Of a DNA stretch of 64,000 nucleotides, positions 26,389-38,401 are shown in pieces. Source of the stretch: Deltaproteobacteria bacterium (GTDB taxonomy: Bacteria > Lernaellota > Lernaellaia > JACKCT01); NCBI GenBank assembly GCA_020633895.1, contig JACKCT010000001.1:462130-526129 (forward strand), in the 5' to 3' direction. The notes under the pieces were generated by a model. It had not been told where the DNA came from and did not search any database. It was given only the letters and a program-made list of their open reading frames with translations. The first letter of the stretch is position 1; each line of letters opens with the position of its first letter. The translations under genes and the position numbers were made by a program.

Positions 26389-26416
26389 GGATCCTTCGCG
26401 TTGCTCAGGATGACAC
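26389..26416. repeat. right arm of 28-bp perfect inverted repeat flanking the GIY-YIG gene
   Basis: GATCCTTCGCGTTGCTCAGGATGACACG, reverse complement of 26019..26046. Confidence 0.8.
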
Positions 26417-26442
26417 GGTTGTCCGCCTCCTCACACTGGTCC

Positions 26443-27432
26443 CTACTCCGGAAACAACCGATCCCCCGTCACCAGAAACGGGGTCTTTGCGTCCACGGCC
26501 AGATAGCGCGGGTCGTGCGTGGTGACGATGGGCAGGTCGGGCTGCGCGCGGCGTAGTTGCCGCAGGCGTTCGAGCGTGTTTTCGGCTAGGGCTTCGTTCT
26601 CGGTCTCGCCGATGGGATCGGCCGCTGCGATATTTTCCATCCGCTGCGCCGCCTCGCCGACCAGCAGATACTCCGTCGTTCGCGTGCGGACCAGCACCGC
26701 CATCGACCCCGGCGTCCGCCCCGGCGCCGGCAGCAGGATGATCGACCCGTCGCCGTAAAGATCGAAATGCCCGGGGAAGGTCAGGTACGGCTCCGTGCGC
26801 CGGAAATCCACCTCCCGCACCTGGGCGAGCGGCACATCTTCCTTGCGAACGCCCCTCGCCTTGGGCGCGTTAAGCATGTAGTCAATTTCCCCGCGCCCCA
26901 TCAGGATCGGCGTCTTGCCGAACACCTGCAACTCGCCGGTATGATCGAAATGCACATTCGTCAGGATGATCTTGTCAATGTCGTCGGGCGTCAGGCCGAG
27001 GGTCGTGATCTGGGCGACCACATCCTGACCCGGCAGCATCGAACGCACTTCATAGGACATGCGCCCGGCGAAGAGTTTGGAGCCGCCCCAGTAGGCGGTC
27101 GGGTCGAAGCCGAAGTGATGGTTGAGGCCCGTGTCGACCAGGACGAAGTGGGAGCCCCACTTGATCAGCGCGCAGAGGAAGGGGATGCGCACCGTGCCCG
27201 AGCCGTCCGTGCCGGTCATGATGTGCCCCGGCGCCCGGCCGATGCCGGTGTTCATGATCCAGATGGCCTCGACTTGACCCGGCGTGTCCCGCCCCGGCGC
27301 CATTTTGATCGGCTCGGGGGGCAGGGCGGGCGACGGTTTGGTGAGGCATCCCGAAAAAACGACGACAAAAACGGTCGCGACCGCGAGCAAAATCCGGCGA
27401 CGACCACCGGCCCTGGGGATGAAAATGCGCAT
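26443..27432 (-). CDS. MBL-fold metallo-hydrolase (lactonase-like), probable lipoprotein
   Basis: Signal peptide with lipobox-like FSGC; metallo-beta-lactamase HxHxDH-type motif (NVHFDHTGE). Confidence 0.75.
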   Translation of the reverse strand: MRIFIPRAGGRRRILLAVATVFVVVFSGCLTKPSPALPPEPIKMAPGRDTPGQVEAIWIMNTGIGRAPGHIMTGTDGSGTVRIPFLCALIKWGSHFVLVDTGLNHHFGFDPTAYWGGSKLFAGRMSYEVRSMLPGQDVVAQITTLGLTPDDIDKIILTNVHFDHTGELQVFGKTPILMGRGEIDYMLNAPKARGVRKEDVPLAQVREVDFRRTEPYLTFPGHFDLYGDGSIILLPAPGRTPGSMAVLVRTRTTEYLLVGEAAQRMENIAAADPIGETENEALAENTLERLRQLRRAQPDLPIVTTHDPRYLAVDAKTPFLVTGDRLFPE

Positions 27433-27517
27433 CGGCGGGAGGCTAATTCACGCCGCGCGGGGCTGTCAATGTGACAACCGCGTGGATTTGCGGTTGACGT
27501 CGATTCGACGCCTGTGA

Positions 27518-29302
<1,785 letters not shown>

Positions 29303-29312
29303 GGGGCGGGCG

Positions 29313-29510
29313 ATGCGCGTGCAGGTCAACGGCGAGTCGATGCACCTCGACGACGCCACGACGCTCAAGGACATCCTGGCCCGCCTGGAGATTCCTCCCC
29401 GCTTCATCGCGGTCGAGCACAACGGCGAGATCTACGACGGTGAGCCCGAGGCGTGCTCGCTTTCCGACGGCGACCGCCTGGAAATCGTCCGCTTCGTCGG
29501 CGGAGGTTGA
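29313..29510 (+). CDS. thiS: sulfur carrier protein ThiS
   Basis: 65 aa, MRVQVNGE... ending in the diglycine VGGG; located between thiC and thiG. Confidence 0.85.
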   Translation: MRVQVNGESMHLDDATTLKDILARLEIPPRFIAVEHNGEIYDGEPEACSLSDGDRLEIVRFVGGG

Positions 29511-29513
29511 GGC

Positions 29514-30323
29514 ATGAGCGACATTCCCTCGACAATCGAAGGCGACAAGCTCGTCATCGCCGGGCGCGAGTTTTCCTCCCGCCTGCTGGTGGGCACGGGC
29601 AAGTTCGAATCGCCGCAAATGATGGCCGCCGCGCTCGAAGCCTCGGGCAGTGAACTGGTGACCATGGCGCTGCGTCGCGTGGATCTGACCAGCCCGGACG
29701 ACTCGATGATGAACCACCTGAACCCGGACCGGTATCTGCTGTTGCCCAACACCAGCGGCGCGCGGGACGCGGAGGAGGCGGTGCGTCTGGCGAAGATGTC
29801 CCGGGCCGCCGGCGGTTTCGACTGGGTTAAACTGGAGGTCACGCCCGAGCCCAACTACCTGCTGCCCGACCCCATCGAGACGCTCAAGGCGGCGCGGGAA
29901 CTGGTCAAGCTCGGCTTCACCGTTCTGCCGTACATGAACGCCGACCCGATCCTCGCCAAGCATCTGGAAGACGCCGGTTGCGCGACGGTCATGCCCTTGG
30001 CCGCGCCGATCGGCAGCAATCGGGGCATGAAGACCAAGGACCAGATCGGCATCATCATCGAGCAAGCCGGTGTGCCGGTGGTGGTCGACGCGGGCTTGGG
30101 CGCGCCGTCCCACGCCGCCGAGGCGATGGAGATGGGGGCCGACGCGGTGCTGGTCAACACGGCCATCGCCGTGGCCGACGATCCGGTGCGCATGGCCGAG
30201 GCGTTTAAGATCGGCACCGTCGCGGGACGCATGGCGTATCTGGCGGGGCCGGGCGGCGAGTCGCGACTGGCGCGGGCCAGCAGTCCGCTCACCGGATTTC
30301 TGCGCACGGGGGAAACGTCGTGA
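29514..30323 (+). CDS. thiG: thiazole synthase
   Basis: 269 aa TIM-barrel ThiG signature ([29 protein letters not shown]). Confidence 0.9.
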   Translation: MSDIPSTIEGDKLVIAGREFSSRLLVGTGKFESPQMMAAALEASGSELVTMALRRVDLTSPDDSMMNHLNPDRYLLLPNTSGARDAEEAVRLAKMSRAAGGFDWVKLEVTPEPNYLLPDPIETLKAARELVKLGFTVLPYMNADPILAKHLEDAGCATVMPLAAPIGSNRGMKTKDQIGIIIEQAGVPVVVDAGLGAPSHAAEAMEMGADAVLVNTAIAVADDPVRMAEAFKIGTVAGRMAYLAGPGGESRLARASSPLTGFLRTGETS

Positions 30324-31450
30324 CGCGCCCGTCGTTCGCCGATCGAATTCGCGGCCTGCCCATGGACGTGCTGCGCCGCCGTTTGGACGACGTCACCGAG
30401 GGCCAGGCCGCGGGCGCCGTTGCCGCGCCGCAAATCACCGACGCCATGATCCCCGCGCTGTTTTCCCGCGCCGCCCAAGGTCATTTGGAGACAATGGCCC
30501 GCCGCGCCGCCGCGATCACCGAGCGCCGCTTCGGCAAGGTTATCAATCTCTTCGCGCCCCTCTACCTGTCCAACGAATGCGCGAACATCTGCCTGTATTG
30601 CGGCTTCTCGATGAACGTGGACATCCCGCGCCGTTCACTGACAACGGACGAAGTCGTCGACGAGGCCGAGCACCTGCGCCGCCAGGGCTTTCGCCATTTG
30701 CTGCTGGTGTCCGGCGAACATCGAGGGGCGTACAGCCTGAATGCCATGGCCGACGCGGTGGAGGCGTTGCGCGGCCGGTTCGCGTCGGTTTCGATCGAGG
30801 TCTTTCCGATGGAGACGCCCGAGTATCGCCGCCTGGAAACCGCCGGGGTCGACGGACTGACGCTCTATCAAGAGACCTACGATCCCGACGTCTACGCGCG
30901 ACTGCATACGAAGGGTCCGAAGAGCCGGTATGAGTATCGACTGCACGCCATCGAAAAGGGCGGCGAGGCGGGATTTCGCACGCTGGGCATCGGCGCGCTG
31001 CTGGGACTGTCCGATTGGCGCGTCGAGGCGACCATGCTCGCGATGCACGCCCGCTATCTGGCCAAGCGATTTTGGAAGAGCCGCATCGCGATCAGCTTTC
31101 CCCGCGTCAATCCCCACGAGGGCGATTACACGCCGGAGCACGCCGTTTCCGACGCGGAACTGGTGCAGATGATCGTCGCGATGCGCCTCCTGTTGCCCGA
31201 CGCCGAACTCGTGCTTTCCACGCGGGAGCGAGCCGCGCTGCGCGATCACCTGGTGGGCCTGGGCATCACGCGGATGAGCGCCGGGTCCAAGACCAACCCC
31301 GGCGGGTACAAGGTCGAGCAGTCCTCGCTCAAGCAATTCGACATTTCCGACGAACGCACTCCCGAGCAGGTGGCGGCGATGATCGAATCGCGCGGCTTCG
31401 AGCCGGTGTGGAAAGACTTCGATCCCACCTTCCTTCACGGCCCCCTTTAG
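30320..31450 (+). CDS. thiH: 2-iminoacetate synthase (tyrosine lyase), radical SAM
   Basis: [10 protein letters not shown] Cx3Cx2C motif; ThiH/HydG family length and position in the thi operon; GTG start overlapping the thiG stop. Confidence 0.85.
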   Translation: MTRPSFADRIRGLPMDVLRRRLDDVTEGQAAGAVAAPQITDAMIPALFSRAAQGHLETMARRAAAITERRFGKVINLFAPLYLSNECANICLYCGFSMNVDIPRRSLTTDEVVDEAEHLRRQGFRHLLLVSGEHRGAYSLNAMADAVEALRGRFASVSIEVFPMETPEYRRLETAGVDGLTLYQETYDPDVYARLHTKGPKSRYEYRLHAIEKGGEAGFRTLGIGALLGLSDWRVEATMLAMHARYLAKRFWKSRIAISFPRVNPHEGDYTPEHAVSDAELVQMIVAMRLLLPDAELVLSTRERAALRDHLVGLGITRMSAGSKTNPGGYKVEQSSLKQFDISDERTPEQVAAMIESRGFEPVWKDFDPTFLHGPL

Positions 31451-31466
31451 TTCGACACGGACGACC

Positions 31467-32177
31467 ATGACGACGATTGCCGAACGACGACAACGCCTGC
31501 GTGACGTGGACCTCTACGTCGTGACCAGCCGCGAGCACTCCGCCGGACGCACCAGCCTCGAAGTGCTTGACGCGTGTTTGGCGGCGGGTGTGCGCATGGT
31601 GCAGTTACGTGAAAAGACGTTGAGCGGCGATCAACTGCGCGATCTGGCGCGGGAGTTTCGCGCGCGGACGCGAGACGCGGGATGCCTGCTGATCGTCAAT
31701 GATCGCGTGGACATCGCCCTGGATGTCGACGCGGACGGGGTACATCTCGGGCGGGGGGACATGGCGATCGAGGAGGCGCGAAAGCAAGCGCCGAGTCTGC
31801 TCATCGGCGCCAGTTCTCACGACATGTATTCGGCGCTCAACGCGGAGGCGGCGGGCGCGGACTATGTGAACATCGGGCCGATTTTCCCCACCGGCACCAA
31901 GCCCGAGCACAAGGTCTTTCTCGGACCCGAAGCCGTCGGCCTGATCGGGATGCATCTGCATGTGCCGTTCACGTGCATGGGCGGGATCAACGAAACGAAC
32001 ATCGACCAGGTTCTCGACGGCGGGGCGCAGATCGTGGCCCTCGTCACCGCCGTGACCAAGGCGGACGACATCGAAGCCGCCGCCCGGTCACTGCGTCATC
32101 GGATTCTCGATCACCGCGCGCGCATTGCGGAAATGGAGCGCTCGGGTTCAAACCCCTGGGGCTTGGAAACGGAATAG
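31467..32177 (+). CDS. thiE: thiamine-phosphate synthase
   Basis: LYVVTSR...MVQLREK...LIVNDRVDIALDVDADGVHLG typical ThiE motifs. Confidence 0.85.
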   Translation: MTTIAERRQRLRDVDLYVVTSREHSAGRTSLEVLDACLAAGVRMVQLREKTLSGDQLRDLAREFRARTRDAGCLLIVNDRVDIALDVDADGVHLGRGDMAIEEARKQAPSLLIGASSHDMYSALNAEAAGADYVNIGPIFPTGTKPEHKVFLGPEAVGLIGMHLHVPFTCMGGINETNIDQVLDGGAQIVALVTAVTKADDIEAAARSLRHRILDHRARIAEMERSGSNPWGLETE

Positions 32178-32180
32178 CCG

Positions 32181-32420
32181 CTAGGGCCCGGGGTTGCGCA
32201 CCTTTTCTTCGGCTTGTTCGCCGGCGTCTTCCCCTTCGATCGCGCTATTTTCCGCCGCGTCATCTTGGGCTTTGTCCTCCGGGGATTCGGTGACGTCTTC
32301 GTCCTCGGCGGTGTCGTCGTCGGTCGCCGGCGGTGCGTCATCGCCTTCGTCGGCAAAAGCCACCACGGCAACCACCATGGCCAGCAACGCGATCAAGATC
32401 GTCCATGCGAAAAACTTCAT
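32181..32420 (-). CDS. small secreted acidic protein (hypothetical)
   Basis: 79 aa; signal-peptide-like N-terminus then Asp/Glu-rich low-complexity tail; no homology recognised. Confidence 0.4.
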   Translation of the reverse strand: MKFFAWTILIALLAMVVAVVAFADEGDDAPPATDDDTAEDEDVTESPEDKAQDDAAENSAIEGEDAGEQAEEKVRNPGP

Positions 32421-32440
32421 GGCCTATTCCTTTCCCAGCG

Positions 32441-32956
32441 TTATTTCTTCTTCGATTCGGCTTCGGCGTCTTCGGCCTCTTTCTCGGCCTTCTCGGCTTT
32501 TTGGCGAGCCTCGCGCGCTTCCTTCATCGCTTCGGCGGCATCCTCCGCCTTCTCGGCGGCTTCAGCCTTGGCGTCGGCGGCTTTTTCCTCGGGCGATTCG
32601 GTCACGGCGTCCTTCACCGCGTCGGTCGCTTTTTCCGCCCCGGTCGCGATCGCGTCACCGGTTTTCTTGGCGCCGGATTTCACGGCGTCCCAGGTGTCGG
32701 AGGCGCCTTTTTCGATCTTTTCACCGACGGATTCGGTGCCGTCGGCGGCGTCCTTGCCCATCTCCTTGGTTTCCTTGGCGATCTCGTCCGGATTCCCCTT
32801 GCCGACGCCGGCCTTGGACATGGTCGTGGTGGTGACACCCATGGTCGTGGTCGTCGTCTTCGCCGATTCGTCGTCCGATTTGTCCGCGGCAAGGGCGGGG
32901 ACGGCCAGGGAAAAAGCGAGGGTGGCGGCGAAAAATATCGGGATGGATTTGGTCAT
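32441..32956 (-). CDS. secreted Lys/Ala/Glu/Asp-rich low-complexity protein (hypothetical)
   Basis: 171 aa; signal peptide (FFAATLAFSLAVPALAAD), Thr-rich stretch, then amphipathic KxxAxDA/EKAE repeats. Confidence 0.5.
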   Translation of the reverse strand: MTKSIPIFFAATLAFSLAVPALAADKSDDESAKTTTTTMGVTTTTMSKAGVGKGNPDEIAKETKEMGKDAADGTESVGEKIEKGASDTWDAVKSGAKKTGDAIATGAEKATDAVKDAVTESPEEKAADAKAEAAEKAEDAAEAMKEAREARQKAEKAEKEAEDAEAESKKK

Positions 32957-33194
32957 TTCAATCTCCTCATTTCATGGGGATTCGGCCTCCGCGTGAGGCG
33001 CTGTCAACGCCCGAAAGGGCGTCCGAAGAGGATCCGAGTGTAGGTCAAATAACCTGCGGCGTCCAGGAAAAACTGACCGCCGGTCGCCTTCCGAATCGGG
33101 ACGCTGGACGATGGAGCGCCGTTTCGCTACCGTAGTTGGACATCGAGAAAATCGCCGAATATCAATGTTTTGCGCGACATGTGGGGGCGGGAGT

Positions 33195-34049
33195 ATGGGA
33201 CATCGCGACGGTTGGAAAATGCTTGTGACCGGGGCGAGCACGGGCATCGGACAAGCCTTGGTTCGGTTAGCCGCGTCACGGGGATTTCGCGTCGCGGCGG
33301 TGGCGCGCAAGGACGAAGACCTGGCCGCGTTGTCCGCGATCGGGGAGAACGTCACGCCCTTCCGATGCGACCTAAACCATCCGGACCAAATCGAGGCGAT
33401 GGCCGCCGATGTGGCCGAAAAATTCGGTGACGTGGACATCCTCGTGAACAACGCCGGGTACGGCATTCGGGGCGCGGTCGACGAAGTGGATGAAGGCACC
33501 GTGCGCGCCATGTTCGAGGTCAACGTCTTCGCGCCGTGGCTGCTGATCAAGGCCTTCACCCCCGCCATGCGCGCGCGACGCAGGGGCCTTGTCGTCAACG
33601 TCAGCAGCGTCACCGGCTATTTCGTCTCGCCTTTCAACGGTATGTACTCCGCCACCAAGCACGCCATGGAGGGCTACTCGGACGCGTTGCGCATGGAGCT
33701 TTCGCCTTTCGGAATTTCCGTCGTGCTCATTGAGCCGGGTCCCGTGGCGACGCAGTTCATGGCGACGACGCAAAAGCATTCCGACGATCTGGTTTCGAAT
33801 CCCGACTCGATGTACGCCAAGGCCTACGACGCGGCGCTCAAGACGCTGGCGAATGTTCACGGCAACGCGCTGACCGCCGAGTCGGTCGCGATGTCGATCA
33901 TGAACGCCGTTGACGCAAAATGTCCCCGCCCGCGTTATCCGCTGCACAAGCTGTCGTGGATCGCGCTGTTCCTCAACACCTTCGTCCCGCGCCGCGTCGT
34001 CGACGGGATCCTCATGCGTCAGACCGGTTTGACGCTATTGAAAAAATAG
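33195..34049 (+). CDS. SDR family oxidoreductase (classical short-chain dehydrogenase)
   Basis: MLVTGASTGIGQAL TGxxxGxG motif, NNAG, YxxxK (YSATKHAME); start chosen at an internal Met of the ORF-track extension. Confidence 0.8.
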   Translation: MGHRDGWKMLVTGASTGIGQALVRLAASRGFRVAAVARKDEDLAALSAIGENVTPFRCDLNHPDQIEAMAADVAEKFGDVDILVNNAGYGIRGAVDEVDEGTVRAMFEVNVFAPWLLIKAFTPAMRARRRGLVVNVSSVTGYFVSPFNGMYSATKHAMEGYSDALRMELSPFGISVVLIEPGPVATQFMATTQKHSDDLVSNPDSMYAKAYDAALKTLANVHGNALTAESVAMSIMNAVDAKCPRPRYPLHKLSWIALFLNTFVPRRVVDGILMRQTGLTLLKK

Positions 34050-34199
34050 AGCCTCGCCGCGCGCGTCGTGTGATGGCGCTCAAGCTGCCGGGTGTTTCTT
34101 CCCGTCGATTTTCCGCCGCGCCTTGACGGCCCGCCATGCCCACGCCCATGCTGGCGCCGTTTCCTGATACCCATGATCCCCTTGCATTCCGAGGAGCTT

Positions 34200-36428
34200 A
34201 TGCCCCAGCAACCCCCCGGCGCCGAGGACTACGGCGATGTGCTGCTTTCCGAATTGGTCGACGCCTGGAAGGCCAAAGGCCCCGATTACCGGCCTCGCAC
34301 GCACCACTTCGAGGACGACGCCCACGCGACGCCGACCTACGTCAACCGCCTCATTCGCGAGACGAGCCCTTACCTGCTGCAACACGCCCATAACCCGATC
34401 AACTGGTACCCCTGGGGGGACGAGGCGTTCGAGGCGGCGCGTCGCCTGGGGCGGCCGGTGTTTTTGTCCATCGGTTATTCGACGTGCCACTGGTGCCACG
34501 TCATGGAGCGCGAGTCCTTCGAGAACGTGCAGATCGCCGAGTTCGTCAACGAGCGGTACATCCCGATCAAAGTGGATCGCGAGGAGCGGCCGGACGTGGA
34601 CGGCATCTACATGAAGTCGGTGCAGCTCATGACCGGGCAGGGCGGCTGGCCGATGTCCGTGTGGCTCGACCACGAGCGGCGTCCCTATTACGCGGGCACG
34701 TATTTCCCGCCGGGGGACGGCATGCGCGGCGCGCCGATCGGCTTCGCGAATCTGATGGCGCGGCTGCATCATGTGTTTGTGGAGGATCCCAAGCGTGTCG
34801 CCGAGTCGGCCGGCAGCCTGGTCAACGCCCTGCAAACGCACGCCGGCAGCCGGACCTCGGGCGACATGGTCGGGGCGGAAGTGCTGATGAAAGCGGCGGA
34901 GTATTACAAGGATCATTTCGATTCCAGCTACGGCGGCATCTCCGGCGCGCCGAAATTCCCGAGCAGCATGCCCGTGCGTGTCCTGCTTCGGATGCATCGC
35001 CGCACCGGCGACGACGAATTGCTCAAGATCGCGACATTCACGCTGGAGAAAATGGCCGACGGCGGCATGTACGACCACGCGGGCGGCGGCTTCCATCGCT
35101 ACTCGGTCGATCACTACTGGCTCGTGCCCCACTTCGAAAAGATGCTCTACGACAACGCGCTGCTCGCGACGGCGTATCTGGAAGGCTATCAGGCCACGGG
35201 CAACGCGCGTTTCGCCAAGGTGGCGCGCGAGATCCTGCGTTATGTGCAACGGGACATGACGGCGCCCGGCGGGGCGTTTTATTCCGCCACCGACGCCGAC
35301 AGCCTGACGCCGGAGGGGCATTCGGAAGAAGGGTATTTCTTCACCTGGACGCCCGACGAAATCGATCAGGTGTTGAACGCGGACGAAGCGAAGGTGGTCA
35401 AGGCGTATTTCGACGTGACCGACCGGGGTAACTTCGAGGGACGCAATATCCTCAACACGCCCGAACCGGCGGCCAAGGTGGCGTCAGCGCTGGGGATGTC
35501 GGCGGATGAACTCTTGGCGATCGCCGATAGGGCGAAGGAAAAGCTTTACGAAGTTCGCAAGTCGCGGCCGGCGCCGATTCGCGACGAGAAAATTCAGACG
35601 TCGTGGAACGGGTTGATGATCTCGGCGTTCGCGCGGGCCGGGCTGGCGTTGGCCGACGATTCGTACACCCGATCGGCGGTTCGCGCGGCGGAGTTTTTGC
35701 TCGCCGAGGTGGAGAAAGACGGGCGCTTGCTGCATACGTTTAATGAGGGCGAGGCGCGCTTCAACGGCTATTTGGACGACTACGCCTTCCTCACGCACGC
35801 CCTGATCGACCTGTTCGAGGCCACGGGCGAGGCGCGCTGGATCGGGAAGGCGATCGAGTTGACCGAGACCGTGGAGCGGCACTTCCGCGACGACGAGGTC
35901 GGTGGTTATTTTATGACCAGCGACGACCACGAAAAATTGCTGACGCGGGAGAAGCCGGATTACGACGGTGCGGAGCCGACGGGAAATTCGCTGCATGCGT
36001 TGAATCTGTTGCGCCTGCATGCGCTGACGAGTGACGATAAGTATCGCCGGCGAGCCCTCGCGCTGTTCCAGGGATTTCATGAGCAGCTCACCCGCATGCC
36101 CATGGCCCTTTCCGAGGCACTGGTGGCGCTCGATTTTTATCTCGACAAGGCCAAGGAGATCGTGCTGGTTTCACCGGAAGGCGACGCGACCGGGGATGCT
36201 TTGCTCGACGAGGTGCGTCGGGCGTTTGTGCCGAATCGGGTTCTGGCGCGCGCGACGGCGGGCGAGGTGGAGGCCCTGGCCATGACAGTGCCGATCGTCG
36301 AAGGCAAGGCGGCAATCGACGGCAAGGCGACGGCTTACGTCTGCCACGAGGGTGTGTGCCTCGAACCGGCTACGGAACCGGCGGCTTTGGTCCGCGAACT
36401 CACCTCGGCGGAGCCCTACACGCCGTAG
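34200..36428 (+). CDS. thioredoxin domain-containing protein (DUF255/YyaL-like; thioredoxin + six-hairpin alpha-toroid)
   Basis: [39 protein letters not shown] thioredoxin-fold motif at N-terminus; ~740 aa typical for this family. Confidence 0.8.
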   Translation: MPQQPPGAEDYGDVLLSELVDAWKAKGPDYRPRTHHFEDDAHATPTYVNRLIRETSPYLLQHAHNPINWYPWGDEAFEAARRLGRPVFLSIGYSTCHWCHVMERESFENVQIAEFVNERYIPIKVDREERPDVDGIYMKSVQLMTGQGGWPMSVWLDHERRPYYAGTYFPPGDGMRGAPIGFANLMARLHHVFVEDPKRVAESAGSLVNALQTHAGSRTSGDMVGAEVLMKAAEYYKDHFDSSYGGISGAPKFPSSMPVRVLLRMHRRTGDDELLKIATFTLEKMADGGMYDHAGGGFHRYSVDHYWLVPHFEKMLYDNALLATAYLEGYQATGNARFAKVAREILRYVQRDMTAPGGAFYSATDADSLTPEGHSEEGYFFTWTPDEIDQVLNADEAKVVKAYFDVTDRGNFEGRNILNTPEPAAKVASALGMSADELLAIADRAKEKLYEVRKSRPAPIRDEKIQTSWNGLMISAFARAGLALADDSYTRSAVRAAEFLLAEVEKDGRLLHTFNEGEARFNGYLDDYAFLTHALIDLFEATGEARWIGKAIELTETVERHFRDDEVGGYFMTSDDHEKLLTREKPDYDGAEPTGNSLHALNLLRLHALTSDDKYRRRALALFQGFHEQLTRMPMALSEALVALDFYLDKAKEIVLVSPEGDATGDALLDEVRRAFVPNRVLARATAGEVEALAMTVPIVEGKAAIDGKATAYVCHEGVCLEPATEPAALVRELTSAEPYTP

Positions 36429-36454
36429 TCAATCCCTCCACCGTTTCCACAAAA

Positions 36455-36496
36455 GAAAACGTGCGGCCGATCAAGGCCGCACGCGCATTTTCTTCC
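36455..36496. terminator. probable bidirectional Rho-independent terminator
   Basis: AAAACGTGCGGCC-GATCAA-GGCCGCACGCGCATTTTCTTCC: 8-bp GC stem flanked by an A-tract (left) and T-tract (right) between convergent genes. Confidence 0.5.
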
Positions 36497-36531
36497 TCAG
36501 CCTGATTTCCAGGCGTAACGACTAGTCGCGA

Positions 36532-36891
<360 letters not shown>

Positions 36892-36950
36892 CAATCCACT
36901 CCTGTTGCCCGTCACGGCGATCGTGACGGGGCTTGGGTTCACGACAGTTT

Positions 36951-38228
36951 TTACGGCGCGACCGACGCCGGCGGATCGCTCGCCGTGGCGAGTTCCTCGA
37001 CCCATTCCTGAAGCGACGTTCCGCCTTCCTCGATTTCGAAATAGGTGTCCGACGTGGACGGCGCATGGCCGGTGCCTTCGATGAAGAACGTGGACCAGCG
37101 GCCCGTCGGCTCGAGCAGGTTGTCGCGCAAATCCTCCAGACCCGCCGCGTACGCCTCGCCGGTGATCGGATCGCCGACCTGGAAGAAGTCGCGAATCGTC
37201 TCGTCCTCCAGGTACGAATACAGGCCGAAGGTGCTGTTCGGGTATTCCGTCGCGTTGTACTTCTGGATGTTCTCCAAGCCGTCGAACTTCGTGCCGCAGT
37301 CATCGCAGCCGGGCGGGGGCACGACGTTCCACAAGGAGCGCAGGCCGAATTGCAGCACCGGGCTGAGCACGTCGTTGTCGGCCGGCAGGGGAGCCGAGTC
37401 GTTGAAGACGTTCACGTCGTTGCCCGGGAACGCCTGGGCGAATTCCAGGAATCCCAAGTTGGTGCCGAAGCCGCCGGCACTCTGGCCGATCAGGAAGACC
37501 GTCTGTACGCCGTCGAAATACTCGCCGAGCAGGTCGGCGATGTTGCGGATGTTGATCAGGCCGACGAACTGCTGCTTGCCGGAGGCGCCTTTGATTTCCA
37601 CATCGGTCGCATTGCCCGAATGCACGTCGCCGGTGCAGTAGGGGACAAAGACATTGTGCCAACCGGAAAGCGCGCTCGTCTCGGCCGCCGCCGCGCCGCC
37701 GTCGGCGAAGACGCCCTTGGTCAGCTCCCCGGACTTGGCGGAGGTGAATTCGGGTTCGCCGAATTTTTTGGGATTGCCCGCGCAAGTGCCCGCGTCAAAA
37801 CAGGCGCCGCCACCCTGCATGAAGATCATCAGCTTGTTGGCGTTTTCCTGCAGACGCACGGCGATGCCGGTCGCCGATCCGTCGCGGCAGATGTTGCCGG
37901 GCACCGGCAGCCAGACCCACTCGCCCGCGTTTTCATCCGCGTCGGCAAACGGTCCGCCCACCGGGAAGAACGGCGCCTCGGCCGTGTCGTCGTCGCCGGT
38001 GTCGTCATCCGCGGTGTCGTCATCGGACGTATCGTCGTCGTCGGTGTCGTCGTCATCGTCATCATCGGTGATGTCGTCGTCGCCGGTGTCGTCATCGATG
38101 GACGAACTGCTGTCGTCGTCGTCATCATCGTCGCCGCAGGCCGCGCCGGCGATAGCCAGCATCAACAAGGCCGACAGGACGAATAGCAAGAACCATAAAC
38201 GGCGCTCGGCGCCAGGGGAACGTCTCAT
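36951..38228 (-). CDS. pectin acetylesterase / Notum-like (PAE family) esterase lipoprotein with Asp-rich N-terminal linker
   Basis: Lipobox AGAACGDDDDDD; GGGACFDAGTC, YCTGDVHSGN and GQSAGG (nucleophile Ser) motifs typical of the PAE/Notum alpha/beta-hydrolase family; AGGAG RBS. Confidence 0.7.
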   Translation of the reverse strand: MRRSPGAERRLWFLLFVLSALLMLAIAGAACGDDDDDDDSSSSIDDDTGDDDITDDDDDDDTDDDDTSDDDTADDDTGDDDTAEAPFFPVGGPFADADENAGEWVWLPVPGNICRDGSATGIAVRLQENANKLMIFMQGGGACFDAGTCAGNPKKFGEPEFTSAKSGELTKGVFADGGAAAAETSALSGWHNVFVPYCTGDVHSGNATDVEIKGASGKQQFVGLINIRNIADLLGEYFDGVQTVFLIGQSAGGFGTNLGFLEFAQAFPGNDVNVFNDSAPLPADNDVLSPVLQFGLRSLWNVVPPPGCDDCGTKFDGLENIQKYNATEYPNSTFGLYSYLEDETIRDFFQVGDPITGEAYAAGLEDLRDNLLEPTGRWSTFFIEGTGHAPSTSDTYFEIEEGGTSLQEWVEELATASDPPASVAP

Positions 38229-38401
38229 ACCCGTGCTCCTTTATCATCATGGGCCATGGGGCCCGGCAAAATGTCGATCGGTCTATTAAACGAGGGCTTT
38301 TAGCGCTTGTAAAGCGGAATCGCCGAAGGAATCCGCGGGGATCAACGAGAAAACGGGCGACCCGAAGGCCGCCCGTGTCGTCTCGAAACTAGGGAGAAGG
38401 G

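Noticed and set aside
38351-38373. CGGGCG-ACCCGAAGG-CGCCCG hairpin between the two PAE-like genes as an intrinsic terminator
   Set aside because: The stem is short and imperfect with no U-tract. The downstream gene has its own strong RBS, so read-through is plausible. Left uncalled.
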